A stretch of 64,000 nucleotides of DNA from an uncultured Thermoplasmata archaeon (GCA_963768855.1 CAVYJM010000012.1:1-64000); one strand, 5' to 3'. Counted from the first letter of the stretch, positions 1-9,029 are shown. Notes: generated by a model not told the origin, from the sequence alone. Numbers and translations: made by a program.

Positions 1-1423
1 ATGGGCCAGGACGCTGACGAACGGGTTCTCCACCGCCGACACGACGCGCTCGGTCATCTCCTTCCGCGGCAGCGTGAACTTCGAGTGGATCGAGGCCAGG
101 ACGTAATCGAACTCCTTCAGGACCTCGTCCGGATAGTCCATCGCGCCTCCCTCGAGGATGTCGCACTCGGTACCGACCAGGACCGTGAAGCCCTTCAGCT
201 CCCGGTTGAGCTGGCGGATCCGGTCGCGTTGGGCGAGCGCCTGCTCGCTCGTCAGGCCGAACGCGACGACGGCGGACAGGGAGTGGTCCGAGATGCCGAC
301 GTACCGGTAGCCCGCCGCCCGCGCGGCTCCGACCATGGCCTCCAGGGACTCGGTCCCGTCCGTCGCATTCGTATGGACATGAAAGTCCCCCTGGATCTCC
401 GACCGCTCCACGAGCTTGGGCAGGGTGCCCTGCAGCGCGGCCTCGATTTCCCCGCGGTCCTCGCGGAGCTCCGGCGGGATGTACGGGAGACCCAGGGCGC
501 CGTAGACGTCTTCCTCGCTGGCGCCCGCGAGCTTCTCTTCCCCTCGGAAGAGGCCGTATTCGTTGAGCTTGAGCCCCTTGTCCACCGCCATCCCCCGCAG
601 GTGGACGTTGTGGTCCTTCGACCCGGTGAAGTACTGGAGGCCGGCCCCCCAGCTGCCGGCGTCCAGGATCTCCAGGTCCACCTGGAGCAGATGCCGGCCG
701 CCCGCGTAGGCCTCGTACTCCACGACGACGCTCGACTTGATCTCGCCCTCCGAGTAGACCTGCTGGACCGCGGGAAAGGAGGTGAAGGCTCGGAGCGTTG
801 CCTTGACCTCGGGGGTCGTGACAAGGATGTCGACGTCCCCGACCGTCTCCCGCATCCGGCGGAAGCTGCCCGCGGCCTCGAACCTCGCGACAGGGGCATG
901 GGCCTCGAGGTACGCCCGGATGGCATCGACGACCTGGGCGGCGTCCCAGAGGAGCGCGCGCGACTGCCCTTGCTTGTACGTCTCGATCGCCTTGAGCAGG
1001 TTCGCCTCGGTCTTCTCCCCGAACCCCTTGACCCGCCGGAGGCGGTGGTGCTTGACGGCCTGCTCGAGCGTCGCGAGGTCCGTGATGCCAAGCTGCTGCC
1101 AGAGAATTTGCACCTTCTTCGGACCGATCCCTCGGACCTGGAGCAGGTCGAGGACTCCAGGCGGGAAGCGGGCCTTCAGGTCCTCTCGATATCCGATCCG
1201 CCGGGTCGTGACGTACTCCGTGATCTTGTCCGCGATCGCCCCGCCCACGCCCGGGATGTCGCCGAGCTTCCCCTCCCGCGACGAGGTCCTCGATGTCCTC
1301 CGTCAGGCCTTCGATGGCCCGCGCGGCGCGGTGGTAGGAGACGACGCGGAAGCGGTCCTCGCCCAGGATGTCGAGCATGTCCCCGATCTCGTGGAGGAGC
1401 GAGGCCACCTCGTCGTTCTTCAC
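1..1423 (-). CDS. polX: DNA polymerase X family / PHP-domain fusion (3' end runs off the window)
   Basis: Manual minus-strand translation from GTG at 1423 (missing from the track because there is no stop in the window): MKNDEVASLLHEIGDMLDIL..., HhH motifs (IPGVG, VRGIGPKK, VKGFGEKT), AGSFRRMRETVGDVDIL with intact DxD, QVDL, LQYFTGSKDHN, LNEYGLF, YIPPELRE, and PHP motif GDFHVHT...ISDHS. Confidence 0.93.
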   Translation of the reverse strand, partial: MKNDEVASLLHEIGDMLDILGEDRFRVVSYHRAARAIEGLTEDIEDLVAGGEARRHPGRGRGDRGQDHGVRHDPADRISRGPEGPLPAWSPRPAPGPRDRSEEGANSLAAAWHHGPRDARAGRQAPPPPAGQGVRGEDRGEPAQGDRDVQARAVARAPLGRRPGRRCHPGVPRGPCPCREVRGRGQLPPDAGDGRGRRHPCHDPRGQGNAPSLHLLSRGPAGLLGGRDQVERRRGVRGLRGRPASAPGGPGDPGRRQLGGRPPVLHRVEGPQRPPAGDGGGQGAQAQRIRPLPRGREARGRQRGRRLRRPGSPVHPAGAPRGPRGNRGRAAGHPAQARGAVGDPGGLSCPYECDGRDRVPGGHGRSRAGGGLPVRRHLGPLPVRRRRVRPDERAGARPTRPDPPAQPGAEGLHGPGRYRVRHPRGRRDGLSGRGPEGVRLRPGLDPLEVHAAAEGDDRARRVGGGEPVRQRPGP

Positions 1424-1446
1424 GGTTCACGCACGGCGGAGACCGT

Positions 1447-1454
1447 CTTTATAG
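1447..1454. promoter_or_regulatory. TATA box probably shared by divergent polX and DUF72 genes
   Basis: CTTTATAG (reverse CTATAAAG) lies 24 nt from the polX GTG (1423) and 25 nt from the DUF72 GTG (1479), spacing typical of leaderless archaeal transcripts. Confidence 0.55.
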
Positions 1455-1478
1455 TTGCGCGGGCGCATGCGCGCACAC

Positions 1479-2210
1479 GTGATCTGGACAGGCACTTGCG
1501 GGTTCGGGCGGCGGCAGGCCGACGCCTTCCGGGACTTGGACGCGGTGGAGGTCCAGGAGACGTTCTACCGGCCGGTGACTGCGGGCCGAGCGCGGCGCTG
1601 GCGGGAGGCCGCGCCGGACGCTTTCGTCTTCTGTGTGAAGGCCTCCCAGTTCATCACGCATCCCGCGACGTCCCCCACGTACCGCCGCGCGGGCCGAGGG
1701 ATTCCCTCCTCCGAGGCCGCCTCGTACGGCGGATTTCAGGGCACATCCGTGGTCCGGGAGGCGTGGGACGCGACGCTCGAAGTCGCGGGCCTCCTGCGCG
1801 CCAGGGCAATCCTCTTCCAGTGCCCGGCCTCGTTCACGCCGACCGAGGCCAACGTGGCCGCCCTATACCGGTTCTTCGAGTCGATCGGGACGTCGGCGAT
1901 TCGGGCGTGGGAGCCGCGTGGGCCGTGGGCGAGCCATATCATCCAGAAGATCTGCGAGGATCTCGATCTCGTCCACGTCGTCGACCCGTTCGAACGGGAG
2001 CCCGCGACGTACGGGCTGGCCTACTTCCGTCTGCACGGGAACCCACCCGGACCAACGAGGTACCGCTACACGTACTCGGCCGCCGACCTCGAGAAGCTCC
2101 GGTCCGTGTCCGCCGAGTACGACGACGCGCTGGTCTTCTTTAACAACCTCTCGATGCACGCGGACGCGATGCGGTTCCGCGCCCAGATCGACCCGGGCCG
2201 AGACGGATAA
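1479..2210 (+). CDS. DUF72 (YecE-like) TIM-barrel protein
   Basis: MIWTGTCGF, VEVQETFY, FVFCVKASQFITH, LFQCPASF, WEPRG, HVVDPF, YFRLHG, VFFNN are DUF72 motifs; start chosen at GTG 1479 from family N-terminus and TATA spacing (track starts 1455). Confidence 0.88.
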   Translation: MIWTGTCGFGRRQADAFRDLDAVEVQETFYRPVTAGRARRWREAAPDAFVFCVKASQFITHPATSPTYRRAGRGIPSSEAASYGGFQGTSVVREAWDATLEVAGLLRARAILFQCPASFTPTEANVAALYRFFESIGTSAIRAWEPRGPWASHIIQKICEDLDLVHVVDPFEREPATYGLAYFRLHGNPPGPTRYRYTYSAADLEKLRSVSAEYDDALVFFNNLSMHADAMRFRAQIDPGRDG

Positions 2211-2290
2211 TCAAGAATGGCACTCAGGGTTGAGCAACCGCGAGGAAACCTTTCTATATCGGCCCCCGCTCTTGCGGCCGAGGTCTCGAG

Positions 2291-3796
2291 ATGTCGAAGG
2301 CGGTGCGCATCCCCCGAGAGGTCATCGAGTTCTTCAACGCACCCGGCGGCCACTCCCTGATCGTGAAGGGGCAGGCCGGCACCGGGAAGACCACCTTCGC
2401 CTTGCAGCTCACGGAGGAGCTCGGCGAGGTCGCCGCGTCCCATTACCTGAGCTCCCGCGTCTCGGACGAATCCCTCTTCAACCAGTTCCCCTGGCTGCGG
2501 GAACGCCTCAAGCCCGCGGTCCTCCAAACGGCGCCGAAGCCCGCGAACGTGACCACGAAGGTCACCCGCACGGCCCTGGACCAGCTCGAGGGCAAGATCC
2601 AGGCGGGCGAGGAGAGCGGCGACGAGGAGGCGGCCAAGTCCGTGGCGGGAGCCGAGGTCAAGGACGGCTTCCTCGAGATGTCGATCGGGTTCGACCTGCC
2701 GGAGATCGAGGCAGCCTACGACTTCGTGGACGCCCGCATCCCCAAGCGCTCCCTGGTCCTGATCGACTCGGTGGATGCTCTCGCCGAACACTACGGCATC
2801 GCCCACTCCAAGCTCATCAACGTCCTGCAGCGGGACCTCGTGGAGGCGAGCAAGCAGAACGTCCTCTACGTCCTCGAGGGGAGCGGGGAGACGCGCCTCG
2901 ACTACCTCGGCGACGGGGTGCTCAACCTCACGTCGACGGAGCACGAGGGCCGGCGGCTGCGCGTGATGACGATCGAGAAGCTCCGGGGGCAGCAGGTCCG
3001 CCAGCACAAGTACCTCTACACGCTGGACAGCGGCCGGCTCCAGGCCTTCGACATCGCGGGGGGCGTGGAGGCCGCGGCACCCCGCCCGTGGAAGGCCGTG
3101 CCTGATCCGTCCAAGGCGGCCGTGAGCACGGGCATGAAGCCGCTCGACGCGATCCTCGGCGGGCTGCCGAAGGGAAGGGTCGTGGCGTTCGAGATCTCGA
3201 CCAGGGTGCCGGCCGACTTCGTGGACTGGCTCCGGACCGCGCTCATCTGCAACTTCGTCGCCCAGGGCCGCGGCGTGGCCCATGTGCCGCCCCGGAAGGG
3301 GAGCGCCGAGTACGTCCACGAGATCGTGGGCCCGCACCTCCCGGCGAACGCGTTCGAGACTCACATCCAGGTATTCGAGTCCGTGACGCTTGGAGGCGGA
3401 GAGGTCTCTCGCAATGCCCTGCACATGGAGGGCAACAACGTCGACAACGACCTGAAGTGGTCCAACGTCGAGTACCACCTTCCCAAGTCCGCGCGCCCGT
3501 TCCTCGCGCTGATGGCCTTCGACACGCTCGAGAGCGTCTACGGGGACAAGGTCCTCGAGCAGATGTCCGGTGTCCTTGGGACCGTGCGCCGGGCCCACGA
3601 CGTCTTCGTGGGGTTTGTCACGCCGCAGAGCGCGTCCGCGGCGAAGCTGGCGAACCTGGCCAGTTCCGTCCTCCATCTCGAGAGCATCAACGGCTCCGTC
3701 GTCCTCTATGGGGAGAAGCCGTACACGGAACTGTTCAACCTCTCCTGGGATCTGAGCGGCGGAGTGCCCGAGGCCGTGCTCCGTCCGATCGTCTGA
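2291..3796 (+). CDS. GvpD-like / KaiC-RAD55 family double-domain P-loop ATPase
   Basis: GHSLIVKGQAGTGKTTFALQ Walker A, VLIDSVDAL Walker B, LDYLGDGVL, RVMTIEKLRG; second RecA-like domain (STGMKPLDAILGGLPKG) lacks Walker A. Confidence 0.8.
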   Translation: MSKAVRIPREVIEFFNAPGGHSLIVKGQAGTGKTTFALQLTEELGEVAASHYLSSRVSDESLFNQFPWLRERLKPAVLQTAPKPANVTTKVTRTALDQLEGKIQAGEESGDEEAAKSVAGAEVKDGFLEMSIGFDLPEIEAAYDFVDARIPKRSLVLIDSVDALAEHYGIAHSKLINVLQRDLVEASKQNVLYVLEGSGETRLDYLGDGVLNLTSTEHEGRRLRVMTIEKLRGQQVRQHKYLYTLDSGRLQAFDIAGGVEAAAPRPWKAVPDPSKAAVSTGMKPLDAILGGLPKGRVVAFEISTRVPADFVDWLRTALICNFVAQGRGVAHVPPRKGSAEYVHEIVGPHLPANAFETHIQVFESVTLGGGEVSRNALHMEGNNVDNDLKWSNVEYHLPKSARPFLALMAFDTLESVYGDKVLEQMSGVLGTVRRAHDVFVGFVTPQSASAAKLANLASSVLHLESINGSVVLYGEKPYTELFNLSWDLSGGVPEAVLRPIV

Positions 3797-3937
3797 GCGG
3801 CGCGTTGCCGCGCCTTCCGCATGGGTGCATCGGGCGTCGATTGCCCCCGAGGTGGACTGACTTCTCGTCCGGGGCGGAGTATCAAAAACGAGAACCGGAT
3901 AGAAATGGAGTTAATATGGACCCCGAATCGACACCCA

Positions 3938-4282
3938 ATGCGGGAAAAGGATGTTTCGCGGTTGCTCACGGATGAGTACGCGGAGCGCATCCTCGTGGCC
4001 ACGCAGGATGTGCCGAGGTCGGTCCAGGAAATCTCGGACCGGTACGACATCCCGATCGCCGCCTGCTACCGCAAGATCCACGAGCTCGAGTCCGCGGGGT
4101 TCCTGAAGGTCGCCGAGATCGTGACGACCCCGAAGGGCAAGACGATGAAGCTGTATCGTTCCCTCCTGAGGTCGGCGCATCTCGTCTACGAGGACGGCGT
4201 GTTCAAGGTCAAGTTCGAGTTCGACATCGAGAAGGACATCAACGGCAAGTGGATCGAGCTCAACTCGGCGAACGGGACGTGA
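3938..4282 (+). CDS. winged helix-turn-helix (ArsR-like) transcription regulator, paralog 1
   Basis: LLTDEYAERILVAT...SVQEISDRYDIPIAACYRKIHELESAGFL wHTH; start at ATG 3938 after TTAATA at 3911-3916. Confidence 0.8.
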   Translation: MREKDVSRLLTDEYAERILVATQDVPRSVQEISDRYDIPIAACYRKIHELESAGFLKVAEIVTTPKGKTMKLYRSLLRSAHLVYEDGVFKVKFEFDIEKDINGKWIELNSANGT

Positions 4283-4314
4283 GCGTCCTCGCGCCCGCGC
4301 GGACGCGTTTTCCG

Positions 4315-4337
4315 CGCGCGGTGATAATCACCGCGCG
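4315..4337. promoter_or_regulatory. perfect 11-bp inverted repeat (candidate operator), core TGATAATCA
   Basis: CGCGCGGTGAT-A-ATCACCGCGCG read directly; the 1-nt spacer argues for a protein-binding palindrome rather than a hairpin; the core recurs at 4354-4362 before TATA CTTAAATA (4373-4380). Confidence 0.6.
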
Positions 4338-4426
4338 AAACAGGTTCTCTGTCTGATAATCAAGGCCGATAGCTTAAATATCCCGCATCCGCATCGAACC
4401 TCTCACAAAGGATGCGGGGTTGAATC

Positions 4427-4825
4427 TTGGAGGACAACACCGGAAACATCGATGACATCCAGGGCGCGTCGAAGTTCCTTTCGCCCCTCGAGGCGTCGCA
4501 GCTTCTGACCGACGAATACAGCGCCAAGATCCTCTTGGCGACGTACAAGCGCAAGATCAGCGCCCAGGAAATCAGCCAGCGATACGGCATCCCGATTGCG
4601 GCGTGCTACCGCAAGATCCGGATCCTCGAAGAGGTCGGCCTCATCGAGTGCGTCGAGCGGATCCTGACGCAGAAGGGGAAGAGGAAGAACCTCTACACCT
4701 CCTGTCTGCGCAACGCGTACATCTTCTTCGAGAACGGGAAGCTCCGCGCGCGGTTCCAGCTGGCCACGGGCCAGGTCAAGGACTTCGGCGGCGACTGGAA
4801 CGGGCTCGACCTGCTCGGCCAGTGA
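4427..4825 (+). CDS. winged helix-turn-helix (ArsR-like) transcription regulator, paralog 2
   Basis: LLTDEYSAKILLAT...SAQEISQRYGIPIAACYRKIRILEEVGLI; clear paralog of 3938-4282; TTG start. Confidence 0.8.
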   Translation: MEDNTGNIDDIQGASKFLSPLEASQLLTDEYSAKILLATYKRKISAQEISQRYGIPIAACYRKIRILEEVGLIECVERILTQKGKRKNLYTSCLRNAYIFFENGKLRARFQLATGQVKDFGGDWNGLDLLGQ

Positions 4826-4826
4826 G

Positions 4827-4875
4827 CCTCCCACCCCTTTCCTCTTATCCCATCCCTTCCTTTTTCTGTTTCTGG
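4827..4875 (+). terminator. pyrimidine/T-rich tract, possible archaeal terminator
   Basis: Almost purine-free run ending CCTTTTTTCTGTTTCT immediately after the wHTH-2 stop. Confidence 0.35.
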
Positions 4876-4991
4876 TCCACGCGGAGCGCTGCTAAGGTCC
4901 TTCGGCTCGAACGCACATTATCACGTATCGTACCCGAGAACCGTGCCGAGATGTTTCATATTCCAAGGCCCACATCGGTCCTCGGGGGAAC

Positions 4992-5129
4992 ATGCGGATT
5001 CAGTATCACAAGATCCTCTCCGAGGGTCGGAGCGTGCGATACGACCGGATGGACAACGAGGTCATCCACCTGAGCGTCATCGTGACCGAGGACGAGATCC
5101 GGCGCCAGCGCTCCCGCCGCTCCGCGTAG
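4992..5129 (+). CDS. small hypothetical protein (45 aa)
   Basis: MRIQYHKILSEGRSVRYDRMDNEVIHLSVIVTEDEIRRQRSRRSA; purine-rich GGGGGAAC before ATG, AT-rich box TTTCATATT upstream, GC3-rich codons; below track cut-off. Confidence 0.45.
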   Translation: MRIQYHKILSEGRSVRYDRMDNEVIHLSVIVTEDEIRRQRSRRSA

Positions 5130-5229
5130 GCTCCGCGTAGTTCTGATCCAGTCCTCGGGGCACCAGGCCCGTCCGCCGGGCGCGGATTCCCCCTGATTCG
5201 TTTTATACTTTCAAGACGTTCCTCGGGCA

Positions 5230-6486
5230 ATGGCGCTCGGCCCAACCGCCATCTACGAGCAGCTGACCATTCTTCTCACTTTAGCAGTCGCGAGCCACCT
5301 TTTCAGCAAGCGGTTCCACCAGTCGACTCTGGTCGGGGAGATCCTTCTGGGGGTCATCCTTGGCCCGAGCCTCTTAGGCAATCTGGGCATCTTCCAGTTC
5401 GATCCCACGTTCATCGGCACCTTCGCGACCCTGGGTGCGATCTTCCTGCTGTTCCTCATCGGCCTGGAGGGCGACTTCCGGACCCTCTACACGCGGAAAA
5501 ATTTCCTTGTCGCGCTCGGTGGGGTCGTATTCCCGCTCGCCTTCGGCTTCCTGGTCGCATGGTACCTCGCGCCCGTCGGGCTGACCACGGTCGGCGCAAA
5601 CGGCAACAAGTTCCTGATGGCCCTCTTCATCGGCGCAACGCTCACCGCGACGAGCACGGCGATTGCTGCGTCCGTCCTCCTCGAGCTCAACTTGATGCGG
5701 GAGGAAATCGGGAAAACGATCATGGGGGCGGCTGTGGTCGACGACATCCTTGGCCTCCTCATCCTTTCCATCGTCGTGGGGGTGGCGCATGGCGGGATTG
5801 ACGCCGTTGGCTTGGCGGTCGTCATCGTCAAGGCCGTGGCCTTCATCGCTGTCGGGATTCTCGTCGGTGTCTACGGATTCAGCCCGATGGTCGTTCGGCT
5901 GCAGGTACTGGGGCTCCGTCTCGGAGTCAAACACGGCGGCTTCCTGATCGCCCTCGCCGTTGCGTTTCTCTATGCTCTGATCGCCGAGTCGATCGGCCTG
6001 TCTGCCATCATCGGCGCGTTCTTGGCGGGGACCATGTTCGCCCCCGCGCCCCTCAAGGAGGAGTTCGCGGAGGGCGGTCGCTACCTCGAAGCGATCTTCA
6101 CGCCCATTTTCTTCATCTCGTTGGGTATTGCGGTTGACATCTGGGCGGTGTGGAGGACGCCCGAGCTCTTCGTCTTCACGGTCGTCCTCCTCATCGTGGC
6201 CATGGTCACAAAGGTCGCCGGGTGCGCCTTGGCAGCCTGGCTTCAGCGGATGACCCCGATCGAGTCGATCGCGGTGGGATGGGGGATGACGCCCCGCGGG
6301 GAGGTGGGCCTCATCGTCGCCCTGACCGCCTTCACGGCCCTGATCATCCAGGATGCCATGTTCAGCGTCATCGTCCTCGTGATCATCCTCGTGAGTGTGG
6401 TGCCCGCCCCGCTGTTCAAACAGGCCCTGCGCGCGGTCGAGCAGGAACGCAAGACGAACGCCACGGCGGAGGCGAAGGCCGACTAG
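5230..6486 (+). CDS. cation:proton antiporter (CPA2, NapA/KefB-like)
   Basis: About 12 TM helices; VGEILLGVILGPS, LLFLIGLE, LTATSTAI, AAVVDD, GMTPRGEVGLI motifs. Confidence 0.9.
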   Translation: MALGPTAIYEQLTILLTLAVASHLFSKRFHQSTLVGEILLGVILGPSLLGNLGIFQFDPTFIGTFATLGAIFLLFLIGLEGDFRTLYTRKNFLVALGGVVFPLAFGFLVAWYLAPVGLTTVGANGNKFLMALFIGATLTATSTAIAASVLLELNLMREEIGKTIMGAAVVDDILGLLILSIVVGVAHGGIDAVGLAVVIVKAVAFIAVGILVGVYGFSPMVVRLQVLGLRLGVKHGGFLIALAVAFLYALIAESIGLSAIIGAFLAGTMFAPAPLKEEFAEGGRYLEAIFTPIFFISLGIAVDIWAVWRTPELFVFTVVLLIVAMVTKVAGCALAAWLQRMTPIESIAVGWGMTPRGEVGLIVALTAFTALIIQDAMFSVIVLVIILVSVVPAPLFKQALRAVEQERKTNATAEAKAD

Positions 6487-7046
6487 GTGCGCTCGACGAG
6501 CCTCTCCCCGACGACGTCGACGGCCATCAGCGTCTGGATCGGGAGGCCCAGATCCTTCTCCATCCGCGCCTTCTCGCGGGTCTTCTCAAACACGATCAGG
6601 ACGTCGGTGACCTCGGCCCCGATCTGGCGCAGGGCCTTGACGATCGCGGAGAGCGTCCCTCCCGTTGAGATCACATCGTCGACGAAGACGACCCGGTCGC
6701 CGCGGCGGATGTTGTTGATGAACATGTCCGTCTTCGAGTACCCGGTCAACTGCTTCAGCGAGACCTCGCCGGGGAGGCCGTACTGCCTCTTCCGGATGAA
6801 CACGTACGGTCGATGGACCCGCATGGAGAGGCCGGACGCGAGGGGGAATCCCATCGACTCGGCGGTCACGATCTTGTCGCACCGGGACCAGTCGCCTCGC
6901 TTCGCGAGCTCGCCGAGCACCTCGTCGAGGACCTCCGGCTTCCCGAGCGGAATGCCGTCCGTGATCGGGTGGACGAAGTAGTCGTAGTCGCCGAACCTGA
7001 CGACCGGGCACTCGGCCAGGCTTTCTCGAAGCCGTTCGAGGCTCAT
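6483..7046 (-). CDS. hpt: archaeal hypoxanthine/guanine phosphoribosyltransferase
   Basis: YDYFVHPITDGIP N-terminal signature, KIVTAESMG, PRPP-binding VVFVDDVISTGGT; last gene of an MTA-salvage operon. Confidence 0.8.
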   Translation of the reverse strand: MSLERLRESLAECPVVRFGDYDYFVHPITDGIPLGKPEVLDEVLGELAKRGDWSRCDKIVTAESMGFPLASGLSMRVHRPYVFIRKRQYGLPGEVSLKQLTGYSKTDMFINNIRRGDRVVFVDDVISTGGTLSAIVKALRQIGAEVTDVLIVFEKTREKARMEKDLGLPIQTLMAVDVVGERLVERT

Positions 7047-7050
7047 CCCC

Positions 7051-8307
7051 TCACTCCCGGGACAGGAGGTCGCGGGCCGCCTGGGAGGCCTTCTCGAGGA
7101 TCTCCGCCTCCCCTTTCACGCGCCGTCCCTTCATGATGACCTGCCCGTCGCAGATGACTGTGTCCACGCAGTTGCCGTGAGCCGAATAGACCCAGTTGCT
7201 GACGTCGTCGTGACGCGGCGTCAGCTCGGGGCGGCGCGGATCCAGGAGGACGAGGTCCGCGAGGCGCTCCGCCTGGACGAGCCCTGCGTCGATCCCGAGG
7301 GCGCGAGCGCCCCCGAGGGTGGCGAGCTGGAACGCTTCGTGGGCCGGGAGGACGGACGGGTCGCGATGGGCGAACTTCTGGAGCAGCGCGGCGAACTTCA
7401 TCGCCTCGAACATGTCCAGGTTGTTGTTGCTCGCGGCGCCGTCCGTGCCGAGGCCCATGACCACGCCCGCCTCCTTCATCGCGGCGTAGGGCATCGCCTG
7501 CCCTGCGGCAAGCTTCATGTTCGAGGTCGGGCAGTGCGCCACCTTGGCTCCCGTGCGAGCCAGGATCTCGATTTCCGCGGGGTCGAGCCAGCATCCGTGC
7601 GCGGCGACGACGTCCTTGGACAGGAACCCGATCTTGTCGAGATAGGCGGCAGGCCGGGCCCCGTGCTGGGACATGCAGTCGTCCACCTCCCGTTTCGTCT
7701 CGCTGAGATGGGTGTGGACGAGGTACCCCTTCTTGTCCGCGATCTCGCGGATCTTCAGAAGGGTGGGCTCGGAGACCGTGAAGATCGCGTGGGGTCCCAG
7801 GACCGGCGTGATCCGAGAGGAGCGGAGCGCCTCGATCTTCCGGTTCGCCTCGTCCGCGGCCTTCAGCTGCGCCTCCGCGCGGCTCGGGATGCCGAGGTCG
7901 ATGATGCCCTCCGCGAGGAAGGCCCGGAGGCCCATCTCCTTGACGGCCTTGCCGACCTGGTCCATGTGGAAGTACATGTCCAGGAAGGTCGTCGTCCCGC
8001 TCTTGATCATCTCGAGGCAGGCAAGCTTCGCCCCCCAGTAGATGTCCTCGGGCCGGAGCTTCGCTTCCTGGGGCCACACCCGCGTCTCGAGCCACTGCTG
8101 GAGGACCATGTCGTCCCCGAAGCCGCGGAGCAGGACCATCGGCGTGTGGGTGTGGAGGTTCACCAGGCCCGGGAGGGCGATCTTCCCCTTCCCCTCGACG
8201 ACGACGTCGGCCTCGCGCTTCTTCCCGATCTCGGCGATTCGGTTTTCCTCGATGTAGATCTGCGTGACCTGGCCGTCGAGCTCGACGTCGCGGATGAGGA
8301 CGCTCAT
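7051..8307 (-). CDS. mtaD: 5'-methylthioadenosine/S-adenosylhomocysteine deaminase (amidohydrolase)
   Basis: True start MSVLIRDVELDG at 8307 inside the 1383-aa track ORF; LPGLVNLHTHTPM, SGTTTFLDMY, GPHAIFT, HTHLSET, AHG, HCPTSNMKLA, LGTDGAASNN. Confidence 0.85.
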   Translation of the reverse strand: MSVLIRDVELDGQVTQIYIEENRIAEIGKKREADVVVEGKGKIALPGLVNLHTHTPMVLLRGFGDDMVLQQWLETRVWPQEAKLRPEDIYWGAKLACLEMIKSGTTTFLDMYFHMDQVGKAVKEMGLRAFLAEGIIDLGIPSRAEAQLKAADEANRKIEALRSSRITPVLGPHAIFTVSEPTLLKIREIADKKGYLVHTHLSETKREVDDCMSQHGARPAAYLDKIGFLSKDVVAAHGCWLDPAEIEILARTGAKVAHCPTSNMKLAAGQAMPYAAMKEAGVVMGLGTDGAASNNNLDMFEAMKFAALLQKFAHRDPSVLPAHEAFQLATLGGARALGIDAGLVQAERLADLVLLDPRRPELTPRHDDVSNWVYSAHGNCVDTVICDGQVIMKGRRVKGEAEILEKASQAARDLLSRE

Positions 8308-9029
8308 CGGATCCGCTCCACCGCGCCGGCGACGATGCGGGCCAGCGTACTCCGGTTCTTCTTCTGAGTGGCGTGGATCTGCTCGATCGTCAGCGCGCGC
8401 TCGACGATGCCGTTGCAGTAGTTGTCCACGGAGCACACGGCGGCGTACGGCACGCCCAGTTCGCTCGCGAGCGTGGCCTCCGACGCCATCGTCATGCCGA
8501 GGACGTCGCCGAGCGTGGCGAAGTGGGCGATCTCGGCCGGGGTCTCGAGACGCGGGCCGGTGGTCTGGACGTAGACGCCGCGGTTGCGGACCGACGCTCC
8601 CGCAGCCTTTCCGGACGAAACGAGGAGGTCCCGCAGGTCCGCGTCGAGTCCCGGGGTCGAATGGAGCACGTCCTCGTCGTGGAAGGTCGGGATGGACCAG
8701 AAGGAGACGAAGTCGTGCGGGATCACGAAACTGCCCGGGCGGATCGCCTTCTTCAGGGATCCGCTCGAGGCGGTGGCCAGAATCGCGGTGGCCCCGAGCT
8801 CTTGGAGGGCCCAGAGGTTCGCGCGGTGGTTCACCCGGTGAGGCGGGATTCGGTGCTGGGCGCCATGCCGGAGGAGGAAGACGACTCGGACGTCGCCGTG
8901 GTGCCCGCGGACGGGAGCGTTGCTCGGAGGGCCATAGGGGGTGTCCAGGGACTCCGGCTCCGGGTCCCGCAGGAACGTCGGATCCTGCAGGCCCGAGCCC
9001 CCGATGAGGCCCACGGTGGGGTGCGCCAT
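8304..9029 (-). CDS. mtnP: MTA/methylthioinosine phosphorylase (PNP/MTAP family)
   Basis: VGLIGGSG, DTPYGPPS, FLLRHG, VNHRANLWAL, GPRLETPAEI, DVLGMT, YAAVCSVDNY; overlaps mtaD start by 4 nt. Confidence 0.85.
   Translation of the reverse strand: MAHPTVGLIGGSGLQDPTFLRDPEPESLDTPYGPPSNAPVRGHHGDVRVVFLLRHGAQHRIPPHRVNHRANLWALQELGATAILATASSGSLKKAIRPGSFVIPHDFVSFWSIPTFHDEDVLHSTPGLDADLRDLLVSSGKAAGASVRNRGVYVQTTGPRLETPAEIAHFATLGDVLGMTMASEATLASELGVPYAAVCSVDNYCNGIVERALTIEQIHATQKKNRSTLARIVAGAVERIR

Noticed and set aside
1-1482. 493-aa plus-strand ORF and similar long antisense ORFs (16798-18768, 24617-27004, 36562-38583, 47854-49497, 51666-53942)
   Set aside because: Each mirrors a well-supported gene on the opposite strand, has no motifs, and is expected in GC3-rich DNA.
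2291-3796. Gas vesicle or circadian-clock locus
   Set aside because: Only a GvpD/KaiC-like ATPase is present; there is no gvpA/C/N or kaiA/B in the window.
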